From positions 189,474,001-189,538,000 of the forward strand of contig NC_086097.1 of the NCBI RefSeq assembly GCF_963921235.1: a DNA stretch of 64,000 bases, given 5' to 3'. The first letter of the stretch is position 1, and every line of letters starts with the position of its first letter. The notes below the pieces were generated by a model. The model saw only the letters and a program-made list of their open reading frames with translations, made no database searches and had not been told where the DNA came from. Of the stretch, positions 39,557 to 52,560 are shown in pieces. Source of the stretch: Mobula hypostoma. Taxonomy: Eukaryota. The position numbers were made by a program, and so were the translations under genes.

Positions 39557-40863
39557 CAATGTTCCCTCTAACTTTTAGTAGTCAGTGTGTGCAAAAATCT
39601 TATGTTGTTCAGATTTTTTTCCTGTGACAAAAGTATGTGCGCACTGAATGCATGCGTTGCACAGTTTATGTAGGTTTACAAAATATTTGACATAACAAAA
39701 TAACATACATATTTAAGTCACTCGGTTATTTTTTCTCTTTCCTGTCTTTGGCATTTACCCATTCTTTGTAAACTCTATCTAGACTAATAGAACTTCCAAC
39801 CAATTGATAGCTTTTGATTCTTATTAACATAACGGTTTCTCAGCTTGTTTTTGATTTGATTCATTAGGCTAAAACCTTGCTCACAGTCTGCACTAGATGT
39901 AGGAAAGGTTCCCCCAATGTACATCAACTGTGCAAGGTCACAAAACTGTTAATTTTGAAGTAAAAATGCCACCATTTGAGCAAAGTTTGAAATCAGTTTG
40001 GATCTTTTTTCTTGCATGGAAAACTTGAAATCATTAAACTGTCTACCTATTACAGTATTTTCAGCTAGAAAATCACGATATTTTAGACATTAGGCATTAA
40101 CTTGTTCATCGCCAAATGTGAAGTCACAATCTGCAATTGTGGATAAATCAAAAGCTGACCATTCTTGTACTGTACCTCATCTTCAGGAAACCTTTCTTCT
40201 AAATGAACACAAAGACTACTTATAAAAGTCAACAGTGAACTTGTATGTACTGTGATGTTTTCTTCACGTTGTTTGCTTAGCAAAACTTTAACTTTGTCAC
40301 TCCATGAAACATTGTCTCCCAGATACTGCTTTCTTATCTTGTTAATTTTACCTTGCGCAAAATGAAGTGAATCAGTCGGTGTCAGGCCACTCTTTTGCAG
40401 AATCTTGCACAGTGCTGCCAGTTCATCAAAGACATCACTTAAAACCTGTAAATCTACTTTGTATGTGATGTTCATCAATTTTTTTGTGACAATTTAGCTA
40501 CAGGGTCATTTGATTGATCTTTTTCAACAAAAACTTAGTAAGCTATCTACAGATTTGAAACAGATCTTTGTAAACTTTATGATATGAACACTGTCCGCCA
40601 AAGATGGCTGCCGCCGTGATGTAGTTGTACAAACCGGAAAAGGAAAGGTGAGGTGACATAAGTTAGTGATGTGCATTGTGGTATTTGAAAAACTGACTAT
40701 CTAGTTAACAGAAACATTTAGTTAAAAGATTATTTTCAATATGTATAATTATTAATTACTACATTATTTTAGCTAACTAACCTTTTGTGCGCACATTAAT
40801 TTCCTTTGTGCGCTGGTTGAAAAACATGTGCGTGCGCACATGCACAGCCTAGAGGAAACACAG
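39557..40863 (-). mobile_element. Internally deleted hAT DNA transposon
   Basis: TIRs CAATGTTCCCTCTAA / CTAGAGGAAACACAG. 8-bp TSD ACTGGGAT / ATTGGGAT (one mismatch). Minus-strand transposase remnant 40083-40478 and hATC dimerisation motif FPTSSADCEQGFSLMNQIKT at ~39850-39915. Confidence 0.88.
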
Positions 40864-41507
40864 ATTGGGATATTGGTTTAAAGAATATTTTTGTTTTCTT
40901 TTACGTACATTTGCCCACACACAATCCACATGACTACACTAACATTTCATAACTCAATTGTCCACTTGAGCTTGAGGCTTTGCTGTTGGCTGCCCTGTGA
41001 TGCAAAGTGTTTCTTGAAAGGTATGTAAAGCTCAGGTGGCAGATCTCAAGGCACCAGAGACACTATAATTTTTAAATTTAATAAGGCCTCTTCAGCAATT
41101 TCTAAATTTGTTATTTAGTATGGAAAATTTAAAAACATGTTGAAATAGATTCAAATAGTGAAAGTTAGTAATAGTTAAAACAGAATAAAATAATAATACA
41201 TTTATGTAGAAATACTCTCATTTATTTAATCTAAGTTCAAGTTTATGATCATTTGACTGTACATACATACAACCAAATGAAACAATAAATGAAACATAAA
41301 TAAAGCACAGACAAATGTCTTGTAGGTGCAGTATGCTCTAGACCACAGTGCTCTCACAATACTTATATTACACACAGCATAAAAAATATTATCACAAACA
41401 AGTTAATAACATATAAAACAAAATGCATGTAAAGTGCACCGCACAAATAAACAGTAAACAGTGCACTTAACCGTATACAACTTGCTGTCTTAGCAATGAG
41501 ACTTCAG

Positions 41508-42882
41508 AGATCAAGTTCAAAGTAAATTTATTATCAAAGTACAGATATGTCATCCTACACACTCCTGAGATTTATTCCCTTGTGGCCATCTGCAATAAAT
41601 ACAAGGAACACAACAGAATCAATGAAAGACTGACCAATAGGATGGACAAACAATCAATGTGCAAAAGACGCCAAAATGTACAAATACAAATAGAAAAAAA
41701 TAAAGAATAATAATAGAATAATAGTAATAATAATGATAATAAATATATAAGAGGATGACATTAAGAGTCTATAGGTTGTGGGAAAATTTCAGAGATGGGG
41801 CAGTGAAGTTGATTGAAGTTATCCCCTCTGGTTTAAGAATCAGTTGGTGAGGATTAATAACTGTTCCTGAACCAGATGGTATGGGTCTTTAGGCTCCCGT
41901 ACCTCCTTTCTGATGGCAGTAATGAGCAGAGAGCATGGCCTTAATGGTAGGGTTCTTTGATAATGGATGTTGCTTTCTTGCGAAGCATGTAGATGTGCTC
42001 AGTGTTGGGGAGGGCTTTACCCATGATGGACTGAGCTGAGCTGAGCTGAGCTGTACTTTCTGTAGGCCTTTCCATACAAGGGCCCTGGTGTTTCCATACC
42101 AGTCCATATACTCTCCACCACATATCTATAAAAGTTTTTTAAAATTTTTAGATGACATTCCATATCTTTGAAAACTTCTAAGGAAGTAGAGGCGCTGCTT
42201 GCTTTCTTGGTAATGGCACTAATGTGCTGAACTCAGGACAGATCCCCTGAAATGATAACTCCAAGGAATTTAAAGTTGCTGACCCTTTCCACCTCTGATC
42301 CTCTATTGAAAACTGCCTCATAGACCTTTGGTTTTCCCCTCCTGAAGTCAATAATCAGCTGCCTGGTCTTGCTGACTATGAGAGGAAGTTGCTTTTGTCG
42401 CACCACTCAGCCAGATTTTCAATTTCCATCCTACATGCTGATTTATCACCACTTTTGATTTAGCCAATGGCAATGGTGTTGTCAGCAAATTTAAGTATGG
42501 CATGGGAGCTGTGCTTAGCTTCACAGTCATAAGTGTAAGGTGAGTGGAGCAGGGGGCTAAGCACGCAGCATTGAGGTACATTTGTGCTCGTGGAGATTGT
42601 GAAGTGGATTTTGTTTCTAATCTGAACTGACTGGAGTCTGCAAGTGAGGAATTCAAAGATCCAGATGCACAAGGAGATATTAATGCCAGATTTATGAAGT
42701 TTATTGACTAGTTTTGAGGGGATGATGGTACTGAATGTCGAGCTGTAGTCAATGAAGAACATCCTGCTGCATGCATCTTCACTGTCCAGATGTTCCAGAG
42801 TTGAGTGAAGAACTAATGAAATGGCATCTGCTATTGACCTGTTGTCATGGCATGCAAATTGAAAGGGATCTACAGAGACCAC
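41508..42882 (-). mobile_element. Rex1/Babar RT 3' fragment (a second Rex-type tail lies at ~41230-41505)
   Basis: DPFQFAC..NRSIADAI..LEHLD..RMFFIDYSSTFSTIIP..PQCCVLSPLL..KFADNT. Contains a (CTGAG)4 microsatellite at 42031-42053. Confidence 0.85.
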
Positions 42883-44023
42883 AATAAATCATTAATTGAT
42901 TTAAAAATACTACAATTAATTTTAGTTACTAATATTAATTAAAATAAATTAATTACTTCCTCAATCCAAATTAGAAGCCCCATTAAATAAATGGGATTAA
43001 TTCATATGCACCACCATAAACCTAATAGAAGTTAATCCAGCTCTCCAGTTTAGCCCAGCTGATCTCCAATCCTGGACTCAGTGTCAGGTCCAAGAGAAGA
43101 GTGGGAGGTCAGATAAACTGGTATTTGACCTATAGAGCAATCCTGACTTTCATGTTGTGTTCAGAAACAACAGTTTGGAACTTGCTGACCCAGAAAGAGC
43201 TTTTCACTAATGGCTCTCTTCCCAATCATTGCATTGTTAAAATATTTTGACTATTGTTTTCTTGAGGTAATGTCTATGCTTGGTTCATTTAAAGACAGTC
43301 TTCCAATCATACAGCATTGGCTGGGAAATGCAGCATAGCACGTTTAGCTATTGAGAATGAGATGACCATGTAGTTAAAATAACTGCCCAATAATGTATCT
43401 ATCCATTTCCACTCAATTCCCATTGCCATCATAAGAATGCCATCAACCTTTTTTCAGGCAATTACATTGTTTATCTAATTTAAGTCGGTAAATCACCCGA
43501 GACAGAATCTTTCTTTAGGGTTTTTAATGAGTTCTCTTTTATGTGAAACTGCAGAGAGTTAAGAGAAATATGCATTAAATTTGTGATTATTCTCACAACC
43601 GGTGTTAACTGAGGTAGCATACATACACAACATTCCATAACTATGCAGTGTAAAGAAGAGTAAACTTGTGGTGCTAAAATACACTTAAGCATAATTCCTC
43701 CTTCAAAATATGCCTGATAAATATTTACCAATATTGCCAAGAACTTAAGACTCACAGATATTGCTGTTTCAAGGTCAAATAAAGAGTGGATGGAGATGTA
43801 TGTCCTTCTACCGTGTGTTTCAATTAGAATAAAAGCTAATCCATCCAGAAAATGATATAAAACAGCTTAAGATCAGAAGTGATGCTCATACAAAATGAAT
43901 TATGACTCTAGAAGCCAGAACACTCCCCACCTGGCATCCATAGGATGTCAAATTTAACGACTAAAATTGAAGATCAAATGATCACTTCACAAAGTCTTTG
44001 GCAAAAGAAGGGTAGTCTCATTG

Positions 44024-44262
44024 CACCACACATAAAAATTGCTGGTGAACGCAGCAGGCCAGGCAGCATCTATAGGAAGAGGTACAGTCGACTGTACCTC
44101 TTCCTATAGATGCTACGAAACGTCGACTGTACCTCTTCCTATAGATGCTAAGAAATTTCAACTGTACCTCTTCCTATAGATGCTGCCTGGCCTGCTGCGT
44201 TAACCAGCAATTTTTATGTGTGGTGCTTGAAATTCCAGCATCTGCAGATTTCCTTGTGTTTA
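44024..44262 (+). mobile_element. Fold-back mini-element made of Penelope pLTR sequence
   Basis: Inverted arm 44024-44089, three 35-nt tandem units starting at 44091/44126/44161, then the pLTR end. Exact 11-bp TSD TAGTCTCATTG (44013-44023 / 44263-44273). Confidence 0.9.
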
Positions 44263-44619
44263 TAGTCTCATTGATTGGTCTTGAAAACAGCTTTACTTCA
44301 CTGCCTTCAGCCATTCTCACTTAGAAAATTTACCCTTGGTGACATATGGTAGCTGCTTGTGGTAATGTCTAATCAGCAGAGGTGACATGTTGCTTACCCA
44401 GAATGATGATTGGGTTAGTTACCTCTGAAGTGAGTGTTGCCTTCTTAATATGTCTTCCAACTTGCAGTAGCCCCTCAGAGTCATAAAAGGGATAGAGCTT
44501 ATTAAGGCAATTTTATTTTGGGAGAGATTCCTGCTTTACGATGCACTGCACTTCCTTTGCATAAACCTGTCTTTGATCGACAAGGGGGATTCAGTTGCTT
44601 TGTGCTGAGAGGCTGTTTA

Positions 44620-44806
44620 CAAATGTACCAACTGTTGCAAAACTATTTAACTATTTATTACTATTTTTCTATTATTATTTATTATTTCTATGACTATTAC
44701 TATTTACTAATAGTAATATTACTATTACTATTTCTATTACTATTTATTATTTATGGTGCAACTGTAACAAAAACCAGTTTCCTCCGGGATCAATAAAGTA
44801 TGACTA
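44620..44806 (+). repeat. Rex1-type 3' tail nested in BEL
   Basis: AT-rich simple repeat followed by TTTCCTCCGGGATCAATAAAGTATGACT. Confidence 0.5.
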
Positions 44807-46253
44807 AAAGCTGTCTTTGGCTATTCCTGTAAAAGAATAAGCAATATGTGAGAGCTGGGCAACTGCTCTGGTAAGCAATTTCCTTTTTGAAAAATGCTCA
44901 AAGCATGTCGAAGTGGTGATAAAATCAGTGATGTAGGTCAACTTTTGAGGACATCTGCCTCAGGGTTTGCTGAGCTGCAAGTTTCCTGCTATGTTCCTGT
45001 TGGATATCAACAAGGTAACCATGAAGAGAAGGTGAGCTGATGAGCTTGGAGCCCTCTTGTGGCATGAACAGCCAGCTTCAGATCAGTAGGAACATAGCCC
45101 CACTGGCATTTCTAGGTTAATTGCCTGATACATTGGATTTTATTATGTACATAAACATAGAATCTCCTTGTGTTATTAAATATTTAACTGAGATCAACCT
45201 TGCTGTCAGTAAAGAATTTGCTGTCATCTAGTTCTGCGTCCAACTCTTCGGTTGTCATCTCTGCCATCTCAACTGCTAGAACAGCAGCCCCAAGTTCAAG
45301 CCTTGGTCTGGTGAGATCTGGTTGCCTTGCCCAGGATGAATCCAACTTCACTATATCCAGTAGCGCCTGTGACCTTCAGGTACGCAACAGCAGCAATGGC
45401 TTTAGTTGATGCATCACAGAAGATGCAGACCTCTTTCTGTTGGACTGTAGATAATGGAATTGATGTGCATGTTGTTGGAATCTTCAAACCTTTAAGACCC
45501 TGAAGGAAAGAACATCAGTTCTGCCACTGCCCATGTTTCTCTTTAGGGAATATGTCCGAGGTCAGTTCTCATAACGTCAAGCACCCCTGGATGCTGACTG
45601 GAGCAGCAAATACAAAGAGTCAAATAGGCAGTGGATAGTTGATAACACACCACAATGCATAAGCGGTCTTTTGGTATCAGATCTGGAACGTAACAGTGTT
45701 GGAAATTAGGTCCCATCCAAGGCCCAGACTGTACTACATAGGAAGGACATCCTGTCCGAGATCAAGATTCTGTTGACATTTGGCCAGATCTTCAGATGCA
45801 AAATATTGCATGACCTCAACATCATTGGATGTGATCTTATGCAGTTTGAGATTAGATTGTGCCAACATATTTTGCACTGTTTTCAGCACACTGACTGCTT
45901 CTTCTACACTAGGAAATGATTTAAAATCATCATCAACTTAGAAATGCCTCTCTGTGTCTCTGTGCTTCAGTCCTAAATTCCTTTTCTCCCTCAATAGCTG
46001 TCCTTTTAAGTCCATAGACTGCCACAGCTGGTAAGGGAGAGTTACCAACTCCATGAACTCTCATGCAGTACACAAGAATCTCATTGTTCAGGTAGCCTCA
46101 ATGATCCTCTCTCACTAGGAAGTTGTGAAACATTTGTTCAATGTCTGAATATCACTGTGATGGACTCAGTTCTGAAACACATGAGGACACCGAGCAGGCT
46201 GTTATTGAGCTGTGGACCCCGTGGAGCACATTGTTCAGTGATATGTCTTTGAA

Positions 46254-48575
46254 TTGTACAAAAGACAATTTGTATTTGTGTAGGTTTCGGGGGTGCTAAA
46301 TGCAAAAGTTGAGCAAATACCAAGTTTCTTGGTATCTTGTGGAAAATGCAACAGAGTGGGACACATACAAAGAGTATGTCGGGCAGACAAAAATAAATAG
46401 ACTGCACAGAAAAGAGAAAAAGCTAAAACATCAAGTTGCAGTTTCAAGAAGAGCACTAGTCTGCATGTTATCAATGAAAAATCTGATAATGATGAGAGTT
46501 ATACTGAACTATGTAGCCTTAAGATTTACTATGTGAAAACTAACAATAGACAAGCAATATGGCTCATACTAAAAGTGAATGGGAAATTAATGAAAATGGA
46601 GTTAGACACTGGTTAACTGTTTCTGCCATTCAACAAAATGAGTCTGAGAGGCATTTCAAAGATAATAAATTGAACTCTGCAGATATCCAATTAAGAACTA
46701 GAGAAAAGATAACTCCTGTGGGAATGACATTTGTGACAGTGAAATACATCACCAACAACTCACTTTGGGCTTGTATGTAGTAAAAACAGGAGAACCTACA
46801 TTGAATTTTACTGTTGCATTTTCCACAAGATACCAAGAAACTTGGTATGTGCTCAACTTTTGCATTTAGCACCCCCGAAACCTACACGAATATAATTGTC
46901 TTTTGTACAACTCAACTTGATTGGAGATCCATGCACTATTTGCATGCCACATCCCCTATCATGAAATCAACTGAAAGTGAATTAAGAATGCTATTGAATG
47001 ATGCCTCAACTGTTTCCATACTGTACACAATGAACTGCTGCCCAACAGAGGACAAACAGGTGTTGGTGCCAACCTTTGTGCCATTTGGTTGGTAAACATA
47101 TTGGACCAAGGAAGGACCATGCTACTTAGTAGAAGCGTGAAAGTGGTGAAAGCAGTGGTCCGACAACGACAGTTTTTGTAAGCAACATATCCAAGAAAGC
47201 TTCTGATATGTTAATCAGGCAATTACTTGTAAAATATATCTTAGTTTTAAGCTGGAAGAGAATTCATAGAGCTTCAGGAAAGTTGCAAGCATTCAGCTTT
47301 TGTGACCATAAAGAATCAGAATCTACTCTGTTTGCATCAAGGCTATTATATGAACTTCAAGTGGGAGATAAAATGGTGCTTGTAAAAGTAGATGCAAAGA
47401 CCAAAGCCCAGCTGGATGAATGAGCCAAAAACAAAAGGAGCCAATGGAGATATGAAAACAAAGGATTAGTCAGATGACGAGGGTGAGGAAACTAAGAGGA
47501 AAGATCAGATCATAAAGGGAGCATTAGAAGGAGTATAAGAAAATACTCCAGTGAACTAAATGCAACTTCCCAAGATTAAGATGCACAGACTAGAAGAAGA
47601 AAAGGGAAGGAGAGGAAAGGTGTCCAGAGCTGTCGGAAAGACTTCTTGCAGCCTCAGACTCAACTCCTACAACCACCGTGGAGGAAGCCCTGAAACCTGT
47701 GATTGTCTCACAGCCACAAGTCTCACCTGCCAAGCAGAGTGATTCCTCATTGTTGATAAAGATATTATCCTAAAATTTAATAAGTCATCCTCCACAGCAA
47801 TTAAATCTTTAGGCTCAAATGGGACAATTTAAATTTTACTATGCTGTGGATGTCTGTATATAGTAGTGGTATTATATATATTTTCGGGGAGATGGAGCTC
47901 GTCAGCCTGGGAAGGCAGTCCATCTAAGAGAGGGAAAACTCTGATTTCAAACTTCCGCTGCCTTCTGGCCATACCCACTCATGGGAAAGGCTTCGGGAGT
48001 AAACCCTGAGGACAAATCCGGAGCTGGAGTCCCTAAGGCGGTCTGATGTTGCCTTCAACTTCATCCTGGCAACTCTTGCGACGACACTGGTGCCAGGCTG
48101 TATCGACCCTTGTCCTTCCCTTGGACAACATCGGTGTCGTGGAGAGGGGAGACTTGCTGCATGGGCAACAGCCGGTCTTCCATACAATCTTGCCCAGGCC
48201 TGTGCCCTGGAAAACCATTTCTAGGCCCAGATCCATGGTCTCGCAAGACTAACGGATACCACAACCATTATATATTATACTATGTATATAGTTGAGAGGC
48301 ATTCTCTATTGAGTTGGAGTTTATAGCTAAGCAGGGATGAATGTTGTGTATTTAATATTTGAGTAATCTTGTACAAATGTTGTTGATTAAGCGTTCTTGT
48401 TCATTTAAATAATCCATTACGAGTTTTATGTATAAATATGTGATTTGCATACATCATGATGCTGCCATGTTATAAGTGTGTGCTTTGCTTAAAGTGAACA
48501 CAAAGCTAGACTCATATTTTGGACTCCTGGGTTTTCCTTTGAACATTTAATGTTTTGAAGTTACAAAACATAACA
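46254..48575 (+). mobile_element. Gypsy LTR retrotransposon relic nested in BEL (gag zinc knuckle, protease, 3' end, 3' LTR 48342-48575)
   Basis: CGKCNRVGHIQRVC knuckle (~46338-46380) and KVNGKLMKMELDTG protease motif (~46570-46612). Purine-rich PPT AAGCAGGGATGAA, then TGTTGTG...CATAACA LTR. Confidence 0.75.
47883..48266 (+). mobile_element. Non-autonomous RTE-derived SINE-like repeat, copy 2
   Basis: Homologous to 3200-3510. RTE-type 3' end GATCCATGGTCTCGCAAGACTAACGGATACCACAACC. Flanked by an ATTATATA duplication. Confidence 0.7.
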
Positions 48576-48967
48576 CCTGGGTTTGAGAGCAAGGAATGTA
48601 CTGGGCCAGATGGAAGAGGCCAGAGTGTCAGGGCGGGAGGCGAGGAATGGGCCAATTCAGCTTGCTGCTCTGAGAGTATACCCCTTCCTGCGCTGAACTG
48701 AGACTGTGGCTTGTAACTAATAGACTCCTAAGTCAGCTGCAGTTACGACTGGCTTTGTGGCTGTGGACGCTCTTTCAGCTCTGAATGCTATTTGCTTACT
48801 TTTATTGTTTGCATGAATTGTTTTTACTTTTGCACATTGGGTGTTAACCTGCCTTTATTTTTAAGGTGTTCTAGTGTTTTTCTTTGTTTTGTGGCTGCCT
48901 GGAAGGATATGAATCTCAAGGTTGTGTATAGTATAATTACTTTGATAATAAATGTACTTTGAACTTG
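48576..48967 (+). repeat. Non-autonomous Rex1-tail repeat
   Basis: Ends GAATCTCAAGGTTGTGTATAG...GATAATAAATGTACTTTGAACTTG, the same tail family as ~20140-20195. Confidence 0.6.
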
Positions 48968-49865
48968 AGCATGAGTCGACTCAGGGTCTGCTCTCTGTTA
49001 TTTGGTAGAAGCTGTCATGGACAGCAAAAAGGAAAGGCTGCTACCCAACAGGTCGATAGGCCGTTGATAAGCTCTTTGTACATGATGTGAAGGAAGACCT
49101 TGTCTTCAATGGAAATGGCTAGCTTATAATTATAGTTTGAGTGAAAAAGGACCAGATTGACTAAATCTGGTTGAACAGAGTCAATTATGTCAGGGCACTT
49201 GGTTTGCTTACCTACAACCTTCTCTTTCATACAGATGCTACTCTCACAAGGTCTGAAATGATTTGGGCATCCATTCTCCAGTACATTGGTCTTACATGTG
49301 CTGATATTTGGGCTGATGAGCATCGTCAAGGCAGATTGACCCAACCCAGGTCTAGTCATTCAGCATAAGGTGCACAGTGCTGACCATTGCACTGTTCACG
49401 TACCTCATGTGCATGGATGGTGATTCTGCCAAGCAGCAGGAGATCTCAGCAGAAGTATCAAGTGGGGGTATCATGTCAGCTATGGCATAAGATATAAATG
49501 ACTGACTGTAGCTTCAGGAGTTGGGATTTCATCTGTGTTTTTGGGAATACGATCGCATTCAATGCACTTTAGTAATAGCCCGAGGTGCTGGCCCCGAATG
49601 AAGTGCTGATTAATGTTACACTCATTGCACTGTATGAAAGCTTTATAGTCCTTTACTCGATGTGCTGTGCTATTGAAGCATGACAATTGAAACATATTGA
49701 GCGCTTCTTTAGAAAGCATCTGTGGTCTGAAAGCAGCTCTTCTCTGAATCCTCTGCATTTCCTAAAGGGGTGAGGTTTCTTATGGACAGGGAATTGTCTA
49801 TTGGGATTCATAATACAGGTTTCTACTTCAGTTTTGCTAGCTGTGATAGTAGTTTTGGTTTTCCA

Positions 49866-50791
49866 AAAACCTACACGAAACTTAGACTTACCATCAATTC
49901 CAGGAAGACTCAGATCATCTATCAACCGTCACCAATTGAGTCAAATTGGATAGAACCATCATTTCAACTTGGCAAAACAACCCTGGAAAACATGGACCAC
50001 TTTCCGTATCTTGGAAGTCACCTCTCCTCCGATGTCGACCTTAATGACAAGATCCAACATTGCCTTAAATGCTCTGGAACAGCTTTTGGACGTCTCCGAA
50101 CAAGTCTTTCATGATCGTGACATCCAAACAGACACCAAAATGTTAGTGTACAAAGCAGTGGTAATCCCAATGCTCCTGTATGCATCAGAAACCTGGACAA
50201 CATACCGGTGACATCTGAAGGCACTTGAAAAGTTCCATCAACGCTGTCTTCGAAACATCTTAAATATCAGCTGGGAAGATAGAAGGACCAATGTCAGTGT
50301 GCTCAATGAAGCAAAAACAACAGGCATTGAAGCCTACCGTCATCAAAAACCAACTAAGATGGAGCGGTCATGTTGTTTGGATGAAAGACGAACGTCTGCC
50401 GAAACAAATCTTTTACTCCCAGCTTAAAGAAGGCAAACGTAAAAGAGGCGGACAACAGAAGAGATTCAAAGATGTCTTAAAAGCTAACATGAAGAAATGT
50501 AACATCGACATCAACAATTGGGAAACTAATGCCAAGGACAGGAAACTCTGGCAAGCCATCATCCAAGAAGGAACAGCAACTTTCGAAGCCAACAGATGTG
50601 CAGAATTAGAAGAAAAGAGAAGAAAATGGAAAGAGAGGCAGCAACAACCAAAGCCCGATCTGCCATCTGGAACTACCTGTCCTGAATGCGGAAGAATGTT
50701 CAAAGCCAAGATTGGACTCATAAGCCACTTGAGAGCCCATAAGTAGAACGAAGACGATCATCCTCGGCCTCGAGGGATAGCCACAACGACG
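49866..50791 (+). mobile_element. 5'-truncated RTE-BovB clade LINE (AviRTE-like) nested in BEL
   Basis: DHFPYLGS, KMLVYKAVVIPMLLYASETWT, QLRWSGHVVWMKDERLPKQIFYSQL..GGQQKRFKD and C-terminal CPECGRMFKAKIGLISHLRAH. Exact 18-bp TSD AGTAGTTTTGGTTTTCCA (49848-49865 / 50792-50809). Confidence 0.93.
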
Positions 50792-52560
50792 AGTAGTTTT
50801 GGTTTTCCATGCTTTTGCTGGAGATCTTTCTTTGAATAACATGTTACCAGAAGTTGAGAGCATAAAGCTAGGGTCATGTCACATTTTGGTGTGGTGGCAG
50901 GTGAATTCCACAAAGAAGGAAAATGGCGAATAGGGGACATGATGCCCCAATTTATTCTTGAACCCTTCAGTTATCCACTGCTGTTCAATATTGTTTTGTA
51001 GTTTCTCCACTTATTCTTCTTGTCGTGTCCAAGAAACTCAGTCCTAGTCGGCAACTCTTGTTTATTTGTGGCTTGCAGTTCCGACAACAGATCTGCATGC
51101 TCCAGCAGCTTCTGCAGTTCTTCGTGTGAGAGCTTTGAAAAATTATCAAGTCTACTAAAGAGATGCTTTTTGATTGCCTCTAGAGCCATAGCACTTGGCC
51201 AGCCTCTGCCACAGCATGCGTATACCCATAGTTGGATTATTAATATGCACTGTCCTAACCATTTTTGCATGTTGCATTGACTTCCCATCAAGCCACTTAT
51301 AGAGGAGGTCTACTTCTTCATTAGGTTTGAGACTTAGTCCTTCCACCACATTGCAAAAATTTGACTTCCAGGACAGATAACTGGCAGACTGGTTATTGAA
51401 CATTTATGGTCCTGCTCTGACTAGTTCTCAGTGAGTCTGATACCAAGCCAGATCTAATGCATCTGTATCTCCTGAATAAGAGCACTGTGGAGCTTGGTTT
51501 GCCAAATGCCTGTCCTGAGTTGGATGGAAATTCAGTCTTTTCATGTCTGTGCAGATGGGATTGGCATTAGTAGCAACTCTTCTCCGATGTCTTTTCTGTG
51601 GTGGAACTGTGGATATTATGGGTTTTTGCTGCTGAAGACATTGACTGTCAATACCTGGATCATGTGAAAGACATGCTGGTTGAGTGGCGTGGACACCTTC
51701 TACTTTTAGAGCTGGAGTACTGACTTTTTTATAGCAAAAATGTTTTTGGACATTTTTTTCTTAAGATGGTTTGTCTCTCTCCACATTTATATGTGCTTTC
51801 TCCATTTGCATCTCAGCTTCATGCTTAGCATATGATGTTCTCATTTCTGCTGCTTATCTTCAGCGCGAGCTTTTGCTGCAGCTATGCTAATTGTGGTTTC
51901 ATTTGAGCATTGTGAAGATGCGATAGATAAGTCACATTCTGTCCTGACCTCCAGGTCTTGGCATTCGATGTTGCTCAGATTGAAAGCGGACATTATTGTC
52001 TTCGGTGTACAGATGCCTCTCCAGTCCGTAGCGATAACTGTGAAGACGATCTACCTTTTCACTCTACTGCCCTCACTGTGCATTTGAACACAACTATGCA
52101 ATGAGCTAAATAACTTCTCAAAAATCGCCCAAGATGGAAGCTTTCTTCTGAATTTTTAATAAGATATATTTTCTGTAGAACTGCAGAGAGTTAAATAAAA
52201 TACAAATTAAATTCATGTGCCTGAATATACCAATACTGATTATTCTGACAACCGGTGTTAACCAAAGCAGTACACATATGCAACATTCCATAACCATGCA
52301 GTGTAAACAAGAGTTAACTTGTGGTGCAAAGATAAACAAACATAATATTTCTATAATAATTAATAATTATTAAGTATAATGATGCAATACTAAATAAAAC
52401 TTACATTTTACAATTACAAAACAGCAGCTATACTTCATTAAGAGTTTGAGGAGAATTGGTAAATCAACAAAGACTCTCACAAGTTTCTGCAGATGTACTG
52501 TGGAGGGCATTCTCACTGGTTGTAGCATTGTCTGATATGGATTTCACAGGATCAGGAAAA

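Larger units (their letters stand above)
43478..52400 (-). mobile_element. Old BEL/Pao LTR retrotransposon with both LTR remnants and many nested insertions
   Basis: LTR homology between ~43490-43680 and ~52120-52330. PPT CAGGTGGGGGAG-TG at 43934-43921. C-terminus KLFSRPINETTLLLPKTL*. RNase H VCIFCDASTKAIAAVAYLK..GFILGKA (45296-45487). GPQLNNSLLGVLMCFR (~46170-46220). gag YLSWKSNFCNVVEGL..DLLYKWL..LWQRLAKCYGS (51155-51403). Confidence 0.85.

Noticed and set aside
44091..44185. Three ~25-nt direct repeats with short variable gaps, superficially CRISPR-like
   Set aside because: The gaps are only ~10 nt and similar to each other. The sequence derives from the Penelope pLTR, the context is eukaryotic, and there are no cas genes.
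52440..52540. GACTCTCACA as an apparent TG..CA terminus of the BEL 5' LTR
   Set aside because: The surrounding sequence is a small plus-strand Rex1 fragment, so the similarity to 43749-43757 is probably coincidental.
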